DNA from: Antechinus flavipes
Lineage: Eukaryota
Direction of reading: 5' to 3'
Length of the DNA: 64,000 bases
Assembly (NCBI RefSeq): GCF_016432865.1
Contig: NC_067398.1
Location: forward strand, 427,924,001-427,988,000
Numbering within the stretch: the stretch's first letter is position 1; each line of letters opens with the position of its first letter. Positions 11,400-24,626 of this stretch are shown piece after piece. Made by a program: the position numbers and the translations under genes. The notes under the pieces are model-generated. The model did not search any database and was not told where the DNA came from. It was given only the letters and a program-made list of their open reading frames with translations.

Positions 11400-12760
11400 T
11401 CCTACTAAAATCCAGTATGTTTATATCATATATATTATATGTATATGTCTATAGTTTGTATGTTCTTATTTTCATGTTGCTTTTCATCAAATTATGAATT
11501 CCTTAAGAGCAAAAGACTGTCTTTTGCCTTTCTTTGCATCCCCATAGTTTAACATAGTTCTTGGCACATAAGAAGCCCTTAATACATGTTTATTTACTAA
11601 TTAACTTTGGGGAGTGAGAGGGAGGAACATTAATACTAACCCCTTTTCTTCTTTCCAATTCCCTCTCCAAGAACCCAAGAATGGGGGTAGGGATGTAATT
11701 TTGCATTTTCTCCTAAATTCTGTCCTGAGCCCTCTCTGCTCTTCTCTCTACAAGCTCTCTACAAGCAGCACTCCCATTTTAATTACTTTCTCCATGCAGA
11801 TGACTCGTAGAGCTATATATATTGAACTCCAGTCTTTACGTCACCAATTGCTTACTGGATTTTCAATCTGTATGTCCAGAAACATCTTAAATTTAAGCTG
11901 CATAAAAATGAATACATTATCTTCCTCCTGAGCCTTCCCCATCCCAAACTTCCTGGCTTTTCTTAAAAGTAGCACCATTCTTCCAGTCTGTCATTTTTGT
12001 AATTGCACCATTCCTCTGGACTCTTCTCTCACTTGGGTCCCAATTGAGTATAAATAACAATCATTTCTGCTTTAGCCAGAAACCCTGAAGATCTTCCCCT
12101 CCCAGATTTATTTATTTAAATTTTTTCTTTTTTTTTTTTTTTTTTTGGGGGGGGGGGGCGGGAACTATGTGAAAAAGGAGATCCGATTGCTACTTAGCCT
12201 TAATGCTGAATGAGTGTAGCCTCAGTCAAACTGAGATTTAGTTTAAAAAGGTTGAGGTCTCCTATTTCATCCAAGGCTATCTTAGTCAATCTGATCTACA
12301 TCTTGCCACTGGACCTAAATGGCTCTGGAGGGGAAAGTGACCTTGTACAGCCCTTCCTCACTTAAATCCAGTTCACTTGCATATCACAACATCAACTCCC
12401 CTGATATCTTGGTGCTCTTCAAGAACTAAGGACAAACAACAACAACTTCATATATTCAGTTAGTTGCTGGATCTTGCTATTCTTGCTTCATCTCTTTCAT
12501 CTGATCCCTTCTCTCTGCTTACAGAGCACCCACATTAGTTTGTTGAAACTGTTTACCTCCCACCTTAGCTAATAATTTGGTCTCCTTACCTCAAGTCTCT
12601 CCCTACTCTACCTCATCTTACACATTATGGACAAAGTAATTTTCCTTAAACACAAATCTGACCAATATGACTTTTGGAGTCAAAAACTTACAGTAGCCTC
12701 TAATTGCAGCTAGGATATAAATAAAAATGCATTTGTTTAGTTTTTGAGAAGCCTCTTTTA
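11400..12760 (+). mobile_element. Fragmented L2 interrupted by a SINE
   Basis: L2 motifs at 11490-11600 (atgaattccttaagagcaaaagactg...cttggcacataagaagcccttaata), 11780-11960 (ctccatgcagatgactc...tgtccagaaacatcttaaattt) and 12460-12760. Confidence 0.65.
12180..12445 (+). mobile_element. RTE-mobilised marsupial SINE (WALLSI/RTESINE type)
   Basis: cttagccttaat...cctcagtcaaactgag...cttgccactggacc...ctcacttaaatccagttcacttgca...ctcttcaagaactaaggacaaacaacaacaac, with a (CAA)n tail. Confidence 0.75.
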
Positions 12761-13264
12761 TCAGCTTCATTAGATGGAAATGTTTGTTTTGTTTCATGAA
12801 TTGAAAATAAAATAAACTTTTTAAAAGAGAAATCTATCTAAGAGATAAATTTGATTTAAATCTGATTCAAAGAAATAAAACCACTGGAAACCTAGGGACT
12901 ACAATCAAGACTAGAGTTTTAAAGGTGGATTGTTGTGTCAAAAGTATAAACAATATCCTAAGAGATAAAAGTATGGTTTCACAATAAAGAAGTAAGATGT
13001 TTGCATCAAAATCTCAAGAACTCATTGCCAAATCATGTAAACAAGTAACTAGACTAAAAGGAGGTTATGTTGGATATTGAAAGATGTTAAAAGTTATAGG
13101 AGTTGTAAATTTAATTATTTTACTTTAGTTTTTGTTGAGTTTTTTATTGTTGTTGTTTTATTTGTTTTTTGATTGTTATTCTTGTTTTGGCGTTTGGGGG
13201 AAGGATGTGGGGAAATGGATTTTAGTTTTTCTTTGTTTGTTGTATCCCTAGGGGAGAGACAGAC

Positions 13265-13274
<10 letters not shown>

Positions 13275-13341
<67 letters not shown>
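13275..13341. repeat. (AG)n microsatellite, ~33 units
   Basis: Directly visible; source of the RERERE ORF 13173..13424. Confidence 0.98.
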
Positions 13342-13346
<5 letters not shown>

Positions 13347-14079
13347 CTTATTCACAAAGTTAGAAGAAACAAAAGTTCAAATTTATTAATCAGGGTTAGT
13401 AGAATTACCCAGCTTTCAGACTAACTGGATTATTGATATGTGATTTCTTCCCATGTTCCCTCTTTCAGGTACAGCAGTTGCCCACATGATTGTATTAGAT
13501 TGAGGAGAAGATGAAAATAGGTTTTTAATCTTATGGAAGCTAGGAGAAGTCTGGATATTAAAGATAGAAGATGGACACAAATGACCTGGACTTACACATC
13601 AAAATGAAGCAGGCAATATAGACTTGGAAGGCATAAGTATAGAGATAATTAAAGCTATGAGAAATGACCTTTCAGAGAAAAAAAATATAGAAAAAAAGAG
13701 TGAGTTGCCAAGATTGAGCTTGATAGAATATCCATAGTTGGACAAAATAATTGAGAAGAACAAGAAAAGGAATAGAATTACTAGCCAAGATTTCTTCATA
13801 CCTGGGGTGAGATTAACAATTCCATCCCATATGAGCTTAACCAGGTACTATTCAAGGGCTTTCTCTTGTGGTGGTCCTCATGGGAACACTGCATGCCCTG
13901 CATAAACAGGATCCCTATCTCTACTGCTGTGCTTACCTGAGTAAGACTTGCTTCTACTTGGTTAAACAGGCAGCCAAACAAACAAACAAACAAAAAATTT
14001 GTTTTAATATCACAAAAGAAAAAGCCAAAATAAGTTCAGAAGGGGACAGCTTTGCCACTATCTTGTTAAATTTTATAAA

Positions 14080-14330
14080 TTATTCGATCATTTCAGTCCT
14101 GTCCAACTCTTCATGATCACACTTGGGGATTTCTTGGGAAAGATACTTTGGTTTGCCATTTCCTTCTTCAGCTCATTTTACAGGTGAAGAAACTGAGGCA
14201 AATATAGTTAAGTGACTTGATCAAGGTCATAGAGCCACTGTCTTAAGCTAGATTTGAACTCTAGAAGAAGAGTTTTCCTGAACTCAGGCCTGGAATTCTA
14301 TCCACTGTACTAAATAACTGCTCCCCAATT
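14080..14330 (-). mobile_element. MAR1-type CORE-SINE
   Basis: tttcagtcctgtccaactcttcatga...ttcttgggaaagatact...gccatttccttcttcagctcattttacagg...aactgaggc. Confidence 0.85.
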
Positions 14331-15164
14331 TTTTTTTATTTTTAAAATATGTACACTTAAAAAAAAGAAAGAAACTGTTCAATAGCTTACAGTTCCATAA
14401 TCAATTCTCTTTTCTTTCATCTTTTGTTTGTGGATGCTGATTTAATACATAATTAAAAAAAAACTTTAAGAAAACAAGTTCTTCTTTGAGTGAATACAGG
14501 ACAACTAGGATAATACAGTTTCATATAAGCTAAGAGAAAAGATTTAAAAGATCAGGTCATTAACAAATGATAAACAGTTAAGAAACAAGATAGGGAAATA
14601 ACCACTTAATGGGCAATAAGGAAGTCATTGGGAGCATTTAGAAGAGCAGTTTGACTAAAATAGTGGAGACTGAAAGGAAATTAGAAGTAATTATAGAAGG
14701 AGGAAATATGTAGAAAAGAAACAAAGATGGAGGATGTAAATCATTTTATTGGAAACATCTGGCAGAAAAAAAGAGACAGAGATAGAGACAGAGAGACAGA
14801 GAGACAGAGAGAGACAGAAGGAGGGAGGGAAAGAGGGAAGGAAAAAGAATGAGAGAACATAGGGATATGGAAACGAGAAGGTTGTTGAATTGTGGGTTTT
14901 TTTTTTTTGTTTGTTTTTTCAAGATGACATGTACTCTGAAAGAGGGAAACAATTAAGAAAAAAAAGAGAAGATTCTGGAAAGTAACATTGGACTAATCTC
15001 ATTTTCCCTTTTGCTAGGTTTCTTAGAATGATAAATCAGTGAAATACTGTTGACAGAATAACTTTGATCTCAGAAAATTCTATGACAATGTTTCCAATAT
15101 GGCCTTTATAGATAATTTGGCGATATATGGACTCAATGAGCGCTATCAAAGAGATAAATAAAGG

Positions 15165-15332
15165 CTCCAGCCTAAACCAGATTAAAATATAATTGGGAAA
15201 TATTTAACAAATTAAATAAAAATATAATAAAATGTAGATAGCATTACATTTTAGACTTAAGTCAAAATGTAGCCCCACAGGGATTCTTATATATAAATTA
15301 GTGAAATTTGCTTCAATTTGAGTTTAACACCA
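15165..15332. mobile_element. hAT-Charlie-like non-autonomous DNA element
   Basis: aaccagattaaaatataattgggaaatatttaacaa...agtcaaaatgtagccccacagggatt...tttgagtttaacaccag resembles a common marsupial MITE as recalled. Confidence 0.55.
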
Positions 15333-15349
15333 GATGATCATGCAGTTAG

Positions 15350-15960
15350 GCAGAATCAGAATTGGCTAATTGCTCAGACCCAAAGAATAGTCATTAATGG
15401 TCTATAGCAACTTGCTGGAAGTCTTAAGTAAAAGGAATATTCCAGGACTTTGACCTTACCTCAGTGCTATTTAACATTTTCATTAATTATTTGGATAAAG
15501 ATATAAAAGTCATGGTTATCATATTTGTGGGAGACATAAAGCTGGGAGATATAACAAATACACTGGATTGAATTAGAACCTAAATTGAAAATGCTACAAC
15601 TAGAATCTAGTAAGATGAAATTCAAGAACGATAGATGTAAAGTTTTATATAAATTCCAATAAAATCAATATCACAAGCACAGGATGTGAGGAATGGGGAA
15701 GGAAAATGGCTAGACATCAATTTTTCTGGAAGGAGTTCTAAAAATGTTTGTGGAGAAAAATTCAATATGAATAGAAAGTATGATATGGTAGCTTAAAAAG
15801 CTGACATGTTCTTAAGCTGCATCAAAGGAAATAGCCTTCAAGAATAAGGAAAGAGAGAGTAGCCTTCTCTATGCTGCTCTTGTCAGATCACATCTGATAT
15901 ATGGAATTCAATTTTCAGTGCCATGGGTGATACATATTTAAGTTTGAAAGACATAATTTC
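15350..15960 (+). mobile_element. CR1/L3 RT-domain fragment
   Basis: cccaaagaatagtcattaatgg...ctatttaacattttcattaattatttggat...ataaagctgggag...atgaaattcaa...gatagatgtaaagtttta. Confidence 0.85.
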
Positions 15961-16569
15961 TGGGTAATTAGTTACTTTATTAATTAAGCCAGCAAATAAT
16001 CAATGAAAAATTGGTCCTTTGGTCATCTTTCATAACCCAAAGATGATTATTGTGGTCTATTAATCCTTATATGCTTTAGGAAAAGTAAGTATTGAGAACA
16101 GGCAGCAATCAGTTCTGATTAGTTAATAATTAAAGAAAGAATGAATATTATAATGAGAGGTACATCTATTCTAATGAAGGGCAGGGGGGACTTAACTCTT
16201 ATTCCCAGACCACCCTCTAGACTTGGTCAATAAAGATAAAGCATCTCCCCCACCCACCCACCCAAGCCTGAGTAAAACACAATGGGCTTTCCCACTTGGA
16301 GAGGGTTTGAAGAAGGTTGAGTAAAAAATTAATCAAAATACTTTATGAGCAATGTCCTTCATTTACATGCCAAATAAGCTACAAGAGACTGATTTCTGAA
16401 TAAGAAAATAGAAAGAAAAAAAACCTGAGTCCTAGATTCAATAATTGGTTATTAATATAAGAGAAAATAATTATTTTTCTCACGCATATTAAAAAGGACA
16501 CTGAAGAAACTAAAAGAAACCACTGGAGGAAAATAAGAAGGTGAGGAACCTTGCATTCAAACCAAAGGA

Positions 16570-16945
16570 AGATCATTTAAAAGAACCTGGGTATATTTGA
16601 CTTGTAAAAGAGTAGACTCAGGAGATTCTCGCTGCCTTCAAGTATTTAGTGAGCATTCTTATGAAAGAGTAATTAGACTTGTTTCTTTTGGCCCAAGAGA
16701 TAGAAACAGAAGCAAAGAGTGAAAGTTACAAAGAGGAAAATTTATTCTTCCAAACAATTGGAGCTGTTCAAAAGAATCTTCTATCTCTAGAAATGATAGG
16801 TATTCCATTATTGAAGGTCTTCAAGCAGAAGCTGCATGACCCCTTTTTAGATAGGATACAGTGAAGACTCCTTTTGGATATAGGTTAGATGTCATGGTCA
16901 CTGAGATCCCTTCCAATTCTCAATTTCTGTGATTCTGTGAAGATG
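16570..16945 (+). mobile_element. CR1/L3 3' end
   Basis: gccttcaagtattt...ttggcccaagagatagaa...gaaggtcttcaagcagaagctgcatgacc...cccttccaattctcaatttctgtgattctgtga. Explains ORF 16679..16864. Confidence 0.85.
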
Positions 16946-16989
16946 AAGTGTAGCTAGACAGATGTTTATGTAAAAAAAAAATTTTAAAA

Positions 16990-17314
16990 TCTGAGTATTT
17001 TAATGGATTGCAAGCCCAATCTGAGTAAAGTGGCAATCAAAACAGCTAATGCTAACTCTGGTTATATTGAGAGTATCTAGAACAAGGAAGGTAATAGTTT
17101 TGCTCTACCCAAAACACATTTGGAGTATTGCTTTCAGATCTGAGCACAACATTTTAGGAAGGACAAACACAAAACAGATGTCCAGAAGCAAATAACTAGT
17201 AAAGCAAGATGAATTGAAGAAATTGAGGATGCCAGCATGAAGAAGAAATTAATTTAGCAGTAGGATAGAGAGAATGGGAGGAAGAACATGTCTGTCTTCA
17301 AGTATTTAAAGAAT

Positions 17315-17376
<62 letters not shown>

Positions 17377-17645
17377 AAAACATTAAACTTGTTCTTGGCC
17401 ACAGCTGGCAGAACTAGGAACAGTGGGAAATTGAGGAGAAGTAGATTAAGACAGAAAGTGTTTATATTGATTATATCAAAATACTGTCTCAGGACGAAAT
17501 GACTGTTCTTAACTGGGATGGAGGAGGTTCTTTAAGTAAATGGTAGAATAAACTTTTTAAAGTGTGACATAGAGATTCTTGTTCCAGTGTGGGTTGTACA
17601 AGGACTCTAAGGCCCACGCAGCCCAGTAGTCTGTGATTCTATGAA
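16990..17645 (+). mobile_element. CR1/L3 3' fragment with embedded (CA)n
   Basis: cacatttggagtattgctttcagatctgagcacaacattttaggaagg...tgtcttcaagtatttaaa...ctgtgattctatga. Confidence 0.75.
17320..17372. repeat. (CA)n microsatellite, ~26 units
   Basis: Directly visible. Confidence 0.98.
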
Positions 17646-17734
17646 ACCCAAAACCCTTAGAAGATGGGAAGGAATGGCTTCTAAGGCACAGGTCAAGAGT
17701 CAGATTTAAAGATCTTTTCTATGAGACTAGAAGG

Positions 17735-18615
17735 AATGATACAAAGAGACAGAAGGAAGAGAAGGAGGAAAAAGAGGAGGAGGAGGAGGAGGAGGAGGAG
17801 GAGGAGGAGGAGAGAGAGGTGGAGAGAAAGGGGAGGAGAGGGAGAAGAAGGAGGGGGAAGAGGAAGAGGGAAGAGAGGAAAGTCAAGAGAAGAAGAAGGG
17901 GAAGGAGGAGGAAGAAGAGAAAAGAGGAAGAGGAGAGGGAAGAAAAGGGAAAAGAGGAAGAGGAGGGAGGAGGAGGAAGAGGAAAACAGGAGAGGACGGG
18001 GGAGAAGAGAGGGAAAGGAGGAAGTGAAGGAGGAAGAAGATAGGTAGGAGGAGGAGGGGAAAGGGAAAAGAGGAAGAGGAGAGGGAAGAAAAGGGAAAAG
18101 AGGAAGAGGAGGAGGAGGAGGAAGAAGAGAAAAGAGGAAGAGGAGGAGGAGGAGGAAGAGGAAAACAGGAGAGGACGGGGGAGAAGAGAGGGAAAGGAGC
18201 AAGTGAAGGAGGATGGATGTGAAGGAGGAAGAAGATAGGTAGGAGGAGGAGGAGGGGAAAGGGAAAAGAGGAAATGGGAGGAGGGGAAAGAGGAAGAATG
18301 GGAGGAGGAGGAAGAAGGAAAGGAGAGGTATGAATGGGTGGAGGGACAAGTGGAGGAGGGAAAAGAAGAGGGGGAAAGAGGAAGAGGAGGAGGAAGAGGA
18401 AGAGGAAAACAGGAGAGGACAGGGGAGAAGAGAGGGAAAGGAGGAAGTGAAGGAGGAAGAAGATAGGTAGGAGGAGGAGGGGGGGGAAAGGGAAAAGAGG
18501 AAATGGGAGGAGGGGAAAGAGGAAGAATGGGAGGAGGAGGAAGAAGGAGAGGAGGGGTATGAATGGGTGGAGGGACAAGTGGAGGAGGGAAAAGAAGAGG
18601 GGAAGAAGAGGGAGG
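17735..18615. repeat. ~0.9-kb polypurine (GA-rich) tract with higher-order internal duplications
   Basis: Almost pyrimidine-free on +. Landmark gaaaacagg at 17982/18161/18405, gataggt at 18039/18234/18462, tatgaatgggtggagggacaag at 18329/18558. Confidence 0.95.
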
Positions 18616-20339
18616 GATACCATAACAAATAATAGCAACAATAGCAACAGCACCAGCAAGACAGTCTTGGATTGGTCTTTAAAGTTATTTCTGTAAGGTA
18701 AGTTTGCCGGGATTCTTTCTACTATCACTAATGTGCTAGCCCACAATCAGACATCACTCTACCTTGTCTACCCTGTCTTTTCTCTTCCTCCTCCTGGATT
18801 ACAGAAGACTGCAAGAGGAAATCCAGACTATGAAGGTCATATATACAAATTCATTCTATCCAACTAAATTCAATCCATGCCACAAAGACTATTCCTTCTG
18901 CTTTCTAAGGAATTTGATTTCAGAGAATCACAGACTATCTGAGCTGGAAGGGATCTCATAGGATATCTCATGTAACCCCTCCTACAATGAGGGAAACATG
19001 TTTGTAATAGATACATAAAGAATTCACTAAGGAATAAGCAAACAAGTGAGGATTACTGGACAAGAGAAAGGACCCTGTTCCAGTTGTATAGAATGAAATT
19101 ATATATCAAACTTTCATGGTCTGCCTTTCCTCTTAAAATCTTCTGTGGATGGGACAGGAGGGAGAAGAGAGAAAAGATGAGGTAAAGTGATCCAAGACTG
19201 GATTAGCATATTAGTGATAGACAGTAGATACTATCCTGTCAAGTTCAATTCACAGGAATAACTTTATTAGTCCAAATCTATAATCCTTGAATAGAACTGA
19301 AGAATACTTAGTAATTTTGCCCTTCTCTACCTATCCTCCCACTTTGAGATGCCTCTTTCTTAATTAATAAGTCCTTAGACCAGTGTCCCAACATGAAAAT
19401 TCTCCAGCCATGCTAATCCCAATTCCATCTCAGTTCATTGTCTAGATTTTCCCACTTCTCCAGTAGCTTTGTCACCAACTGTAAATCCAATCCTTTCTAT
19501 CTTTCTTTATGTGTTCTCCCACTATGAGAATGTAAGATCCTTGTGGGTAAGAACTTGTTTATATTTGTATCCCCAGAATTTAGAATAACTCTTGGAGGAT
19601 AGGTGGTTGTTGTTGTTGATGACAGCTAATATTTATTTAATGTTCAAGATTTGCAAAGAGCTTTACAAACATTGCATTATTTTTTCCTCAATGAACCATG
19701 GGAAGAAGATGCTGTTATTATCCTTATTTTACATAAGAAAACTGAAGCAAACAGAAGTTGATATTTGCCTAGTATCATACCAGAGGCTAAATTTGAACTC
19801 ATACTTTCCCTGTCTATGTATCTAAGGATATAGGAGAAAAAAAGCATGGAATCTCCCTCAAATTTGGTTTAAAAATTATCCCCATTCTCTCATTCTACTC
19901 CAAATGACAATGCAATTTGCACTTACACCAAAGGGACAGTTTACTTTATTTCTCTATTGATATGTCATTAATAGAGTTCCCTTTTTTAGCATCATGACCT
20001 TATTATCAGACATCTAATTTCTCATTCCTTCACAAAGCCCAACTCTATTCTATTCAAGTTTGGAAGCCAGAGAAAAGTTAAGAGAAAAAAGGATAAAAAA
20101 GTAGCTCATTTCTCAAAAAGTTGGTCTAGCTTAGCTATATTCTATTGTCAAACTCCCATAGACACAAAACACCAAGTTTTATCACCTCTCAGTAATTTTT
20201 TCTCCTCACTACAGTTAGAAGTCATGAATCAAACCTCTCTTATGACCAATTTTTCAGAGTATTTTGAGGTACCTATGCTCAACAAGCAGAAACTTTAAGT
20301 AAGCCTTACTCTTAAAATAGACTTTTTGGGGGGAATATA

Positions 20340-20570
20340 GGAGGAAGGCACATGCTATGTGCCAGATACTGTGGTAAGCACTTTACAAGTATTCTCCCAA
20401 CCTGAGAGGTAGGCACTATTATTATAAACCCATTTAACAGTTCAAGAAAGTAAGCAGAAAGACTTGCTCAGTGCACACAGGCACACAGCTAAGTGCCTAA
20501 GGCTGAATTTGACCTCAAGTCTTCCTCACTCCAGGGCCATCATGCTATCATATTATCTACTGGACTACCT
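20340..20570 (-). mobile_element. MIR
   Basis: tatgtgccagatactgtggtaagcactttaca...aggtaggcactatt...gacttgctcag...acacagctaagtg...tttgacctcaagtcttcctcactccag. Confidence 0.8.
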
Positions 20571-23500
20571 CATTGTTTCAAACAGTAGGAAAAAATTTTC
20601 CAGCTTGGTTCTTCCTATTAAAAAATCATCATCATCATGATGTTTTCTGAGATTCCTGGATATAGAGTATTATACCAAGACCAACAGCTGAACTGATACA
20701 TGATACAAAGCTAGTTCTAGTTATATTTCATTAATTAAACATTTAAATATTCCCACTATGAAGATTAGGAGCTGAGGGAATCTAGAGATAATAAAGAGGT
20801 CAATGTCCTTGCCCTCAAGGAACTAATAAACTACTAGAAGTGTTTAGGCAGGTATTCAAACAAACATCTTTGCTTTTGGTCTGGCTTCCGGCTGGCTTTA
20901 AGAGAGAAGACACTGGCCATACCAATTTCTTCAATTTGTTTAAGGGAGACAAGAGTCTAGGAACAAGTTAACATGTAGAACTTCAATTATTTTCCCCTTT
21001 GGATGAAATCTGGGACTTTATGTCTTGGTTGAGCTGAATTAACTTGCACCCAATGGAAGAGTTCATTGATTCTATATAGTCCATTATATTTTCTATGTGT
21101 ATTTTCTCTGAGTTGTGTTTTGCTCTTTACTTGGACAAAAGGTTTCTTTGCTTAAAATATTATTTTACACATACATACATATATATAAACACACACATAT
21201 GTATAATGCACATAGTATATATGTTATGTATATAACAGGAGAAAATATTAGAAGATCAAATGAGGGAGGGATTTCCCTTCCCCCAACCCACCCCCCCACT
21301 GAGAGAATCAGTAAAAACTAAGGGGAAAACTAGATTCTTCATAGATCTTTGGCATGAGGAACAATGTGAACAAAAGTAACAAGGTGACAGTTTTCAAGTG
21401 GTATTTAGAAGATGGAAAATATTCTGGTTTATTGATGGAGAACAGAGGTGATAAGATTGGATAGAGAGTTGGAAGCTAGATTGTGGAGGACAATGAACAT
21501 CAGGATATAAAGTTTATAAGATCATAGATATAGAGCATAAAGAGACCTCAGAAGCTACACAGTTCAATTTTCTCATTTAAAGATGAAAACAAGAAGCTTA
21601 TGACTTAAACAAGGTTGCACAGGGAATAAGCACTGACAGGCAATGGGGAAGCAACAAATGTTTCTGGGCAGAGGACTGACATGAATAAACATGTTTGGTA
21701 GAAACACTAATAGGGTAACCAAGTACAGAATGATTTGGAAGGAAGACTTGAACCTGGAAGACTTGACTACATAAGAAAATGAGGAATGGCACACTAGGTC
21801 AGAACTGTGATCTACCCAGTCCAATGTTGATGCTAAAGTTAACCTCTAGAAAACAAAATCTTCAATCTGTCAAGGCCAATATATTAAATGTGAGCTTGTC
21901 TGTTGTACCCAACTGCCACAGAGAGAATTTCTAATAATCACTGCAAACTTCAACTGTCATGGACCAAAAACTCTCCAAAAATAAGAGAAAACGATGGATT
22001 TGAGCTTAATAATTGTTTCCCTTGACATCACAATATAAGTGAAGGATTTCTTTATTTCAAAGCAAACCAAATAAATGTAGGTCCATAATATCTATAAATG
22101 TCTGCATTCCTAGCTCCTGGGTAAAACTCAGACAAAATCCTGTGAAAGTACCTTTCTCATCAAAAATTCTGATATGAATAGTTTCCAAAGTTCTGGAGTA
22201 CCCAAAACAACATACTTAGACTGAATCCTTTATCTTAACCGGTCATCTTATTTGAATGAGATGTCTTCATAAAAATACCATCTAAGAATCAATCAATCCT
22301 CCTGCCATCCTTTATCTGCTGCTGTAGAAAGAGTAATTAATGATTTGGGATCAGAAAGCCTGGGTTCAAATCTTATAGATTCAAAAATTTACATAAAATC
22401 TATATTATCCTGAGCAAATTACTTAACCTTGAGGGCCCTGAGTAAGGTGACAACATGGAACTGGATAACCACAAATGTCCCTTTTATCTATAATATAATA
22501 CTAAGAAAAGACATTTCATCAAAATAGTTCCCTTCAAGCAAAATCAATCATTCAACAAATATGTATTAAATACCTAGCATGCATTAAATAGTAGGCATTA
22601 ATAGCACTCCAGTTGGTTACCAAAGAATTGGCTGAGTACCAGGGGCTATCCCTCATGTAACAGGATGTCCTAAATATGACTTATAATATGAAATTATAAT
22701 TTTGAGTGTCTAAGAACACTTCTTAAATACAATTACGACTAAGACCCTATTTCAGAATCTCATAACTTTTGATTATCTAGTCCAATGCACACTTTAAAAG
22801 GAAGATCTTCTGAACATCCCAGGTGAGGCCAAGGATTACAAAATCAGAGATTTATGTCTGGGCAAAATCTCAGAAACTATTTAATCCAAACCCCTCATTT
22901 TACAGAGGATCAAAGAGTTCAAAAGACTTGTCCAAAATCACAATGACATCTAACCCTCACTTGAAGACCTCCAGTGAAGGGAAATCCACTATTCCTGCAG
23001 CAATCTATTCTACTTTAGGGTAAGCTCCAATTTTCATAAAATTTTTCCTCATGTCAAGCCTAATTTTGCCTCTGTAACTTTTACCCTTTAAGCCTTTGGT
23101 CTTCCTTATGACAATCATTTTCAGTTCCAGGCTTCAGAGAAGGCATCTGTCATTTCACGCCAACTCCTTGATCCCGTTTCTACATTTTATGAGCAAAGTT
23201 GGCTTGCTTGCTTGCCTAGCAGGCCAATCAGGATTCTGTCCTCCCAGGTAGTCAACAACACAGAGCAATAACATTTATGGATCTCCCAATTCCCACAATG
23301 TGATTTCATCCTGCATGCTCATGCCATTACAGTTTACAATTGCTTTTTCTGAAGCAGTCAGATCTCCTCCATTAAGGATATTCATCAATAGTTAAAATTT
23401 TGTCTTAGTTGTAAATAGAAAACATCAACAAATAAACAAGGAACATTTGAAAAGCAGATAAAAACAATTTAATGAGAAAAGATTCTCTCCTTCCCTTTTC

Positions 23501-24464
23501 TAAAACAAGGGTACTTGATATATTTGATTAGTTGTGGCTTTTGGTGGTTCCAATAGACATAATGAGGTTGCAAATCCAAATGTCCTCCAAGACTTCCTAG
23601 CTAGCACGAGTCATAAGGAAAATATAATCCTGGGTGTTTTCAGCATTAACAACCTGGAATTATCATAAAGAACCATGGCAACAACAGGCAATTAATTCCC
23701 AATTATTCTGATTACCATAGAAACTGGACCAAAATACCAGAAATTACCTATAATTTCTCACTCTCAACATTCAAACCTAGTCTATAATTTCCATGGTAAT
23801 TACCTAGTCGTAATACTGTAAAGTTCTCCATTAAAACTTGAGAGAACTTTGTCATAGCAAGACAAAAATATAATTTGAAAAATCCCTCTGAATCCCTCCC
23901 TACCTGCTTGTACTGCCCTAGCTTGCTCTTGAAAACTCCATCCAGGGGAATTAAATGCCTTCATTGTGCTAAGATTATGCTGAGGAAAAGAAAGGTAGTG
24001 ATTGCAACATGTACCTAAAAGAAGCTAAGCCTGTGGACTCTGAAGACAGATCTTGCTTTGTTTATAAACGAGGTTCAGCAGAACAGTCTGCAGACAGGGT
24101 TGTTGTAGTTCTCAGTTCAAGGGCACAATTATCCCATAACATGGTGATCCATCAGGCCTTAATAATTTGACACTGGCTTACAGAACTGAGAAAAGTATGC
24201 CCCTCAGGATTTGTCCTTTCCTCAAGTCCCATCATTCTTTACCTCGAGGGTTCTGCTTTAAGAAGGATTATGGATTGTTCCTCCTCTGGTGAAAACATTC
24301 ATCAGCACTCCTTCAGTTCCCTATCTCAAATCGACAAAAGGAGTATTTTCCTTCCTGAAATGGGCAAGACTAGGTGGGCCCAGAAACACTGAATAGAGGC
24401 CAGGGAATGTAGGAATTGGGCTGTTATCACCATTGCCACCCCAAGTTTTCCCAAAGTGCATTCC

Positions 24465-24626
24465 TTAAGCACCCATCTGGCTAAGGAAGTTAGAGTCTGG
24501 ATGTGGAATCCCACTGGAGAGAAATATCCTTGAAGGGAGGCTCTTGGCAGGCATTTGTAGTTGCACATCATCTATCTTCTGTTGTACTCTTGGGGTTTTT
24601 CTTTTAGCATGTCTATTCAAAATTTG
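24465..24626 (-). CDS. Candidate terminal exon of unidentified gene (QILNRHAKRK...SQMGA*)
   Basis: Acceptor ctctgcttacattctag|C; 53 codons then TAA; phase 0, compatible with the upstream candidates. Confidence 0.35.
   Translation of the reverse strand, partial: QILNRHAKRKTPRVQQKIDDVQLQMPAKSLPSRIFLSSGIPHPDSNFLSQMGA

Noticed and set aside
17693-18746. Longest ORFs in the track (311, 287, 108 and 74 aa)
   Set aside because: They are translations of the polypurine tract, which lacks stop codons because of its composition; the S/P/F/L or R/E/G/K peptides carry no domain signal.
18770-18840. Strong plus-strand acceptor followed by RLQEEIQTMK
   Set aside because: The donor is weak (gtcata) and there are no partner exons on the plus strand.
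20909-22210. Small minus-strand exon candidates (TLVSLKQIEEI at about 20.9 kb; TLETIHIRIFDEK at about 22.2 kb)
   Set aside because: They are 30-45 nt units with moderate splice sites, expected by chance, and cannot be chained reliably.
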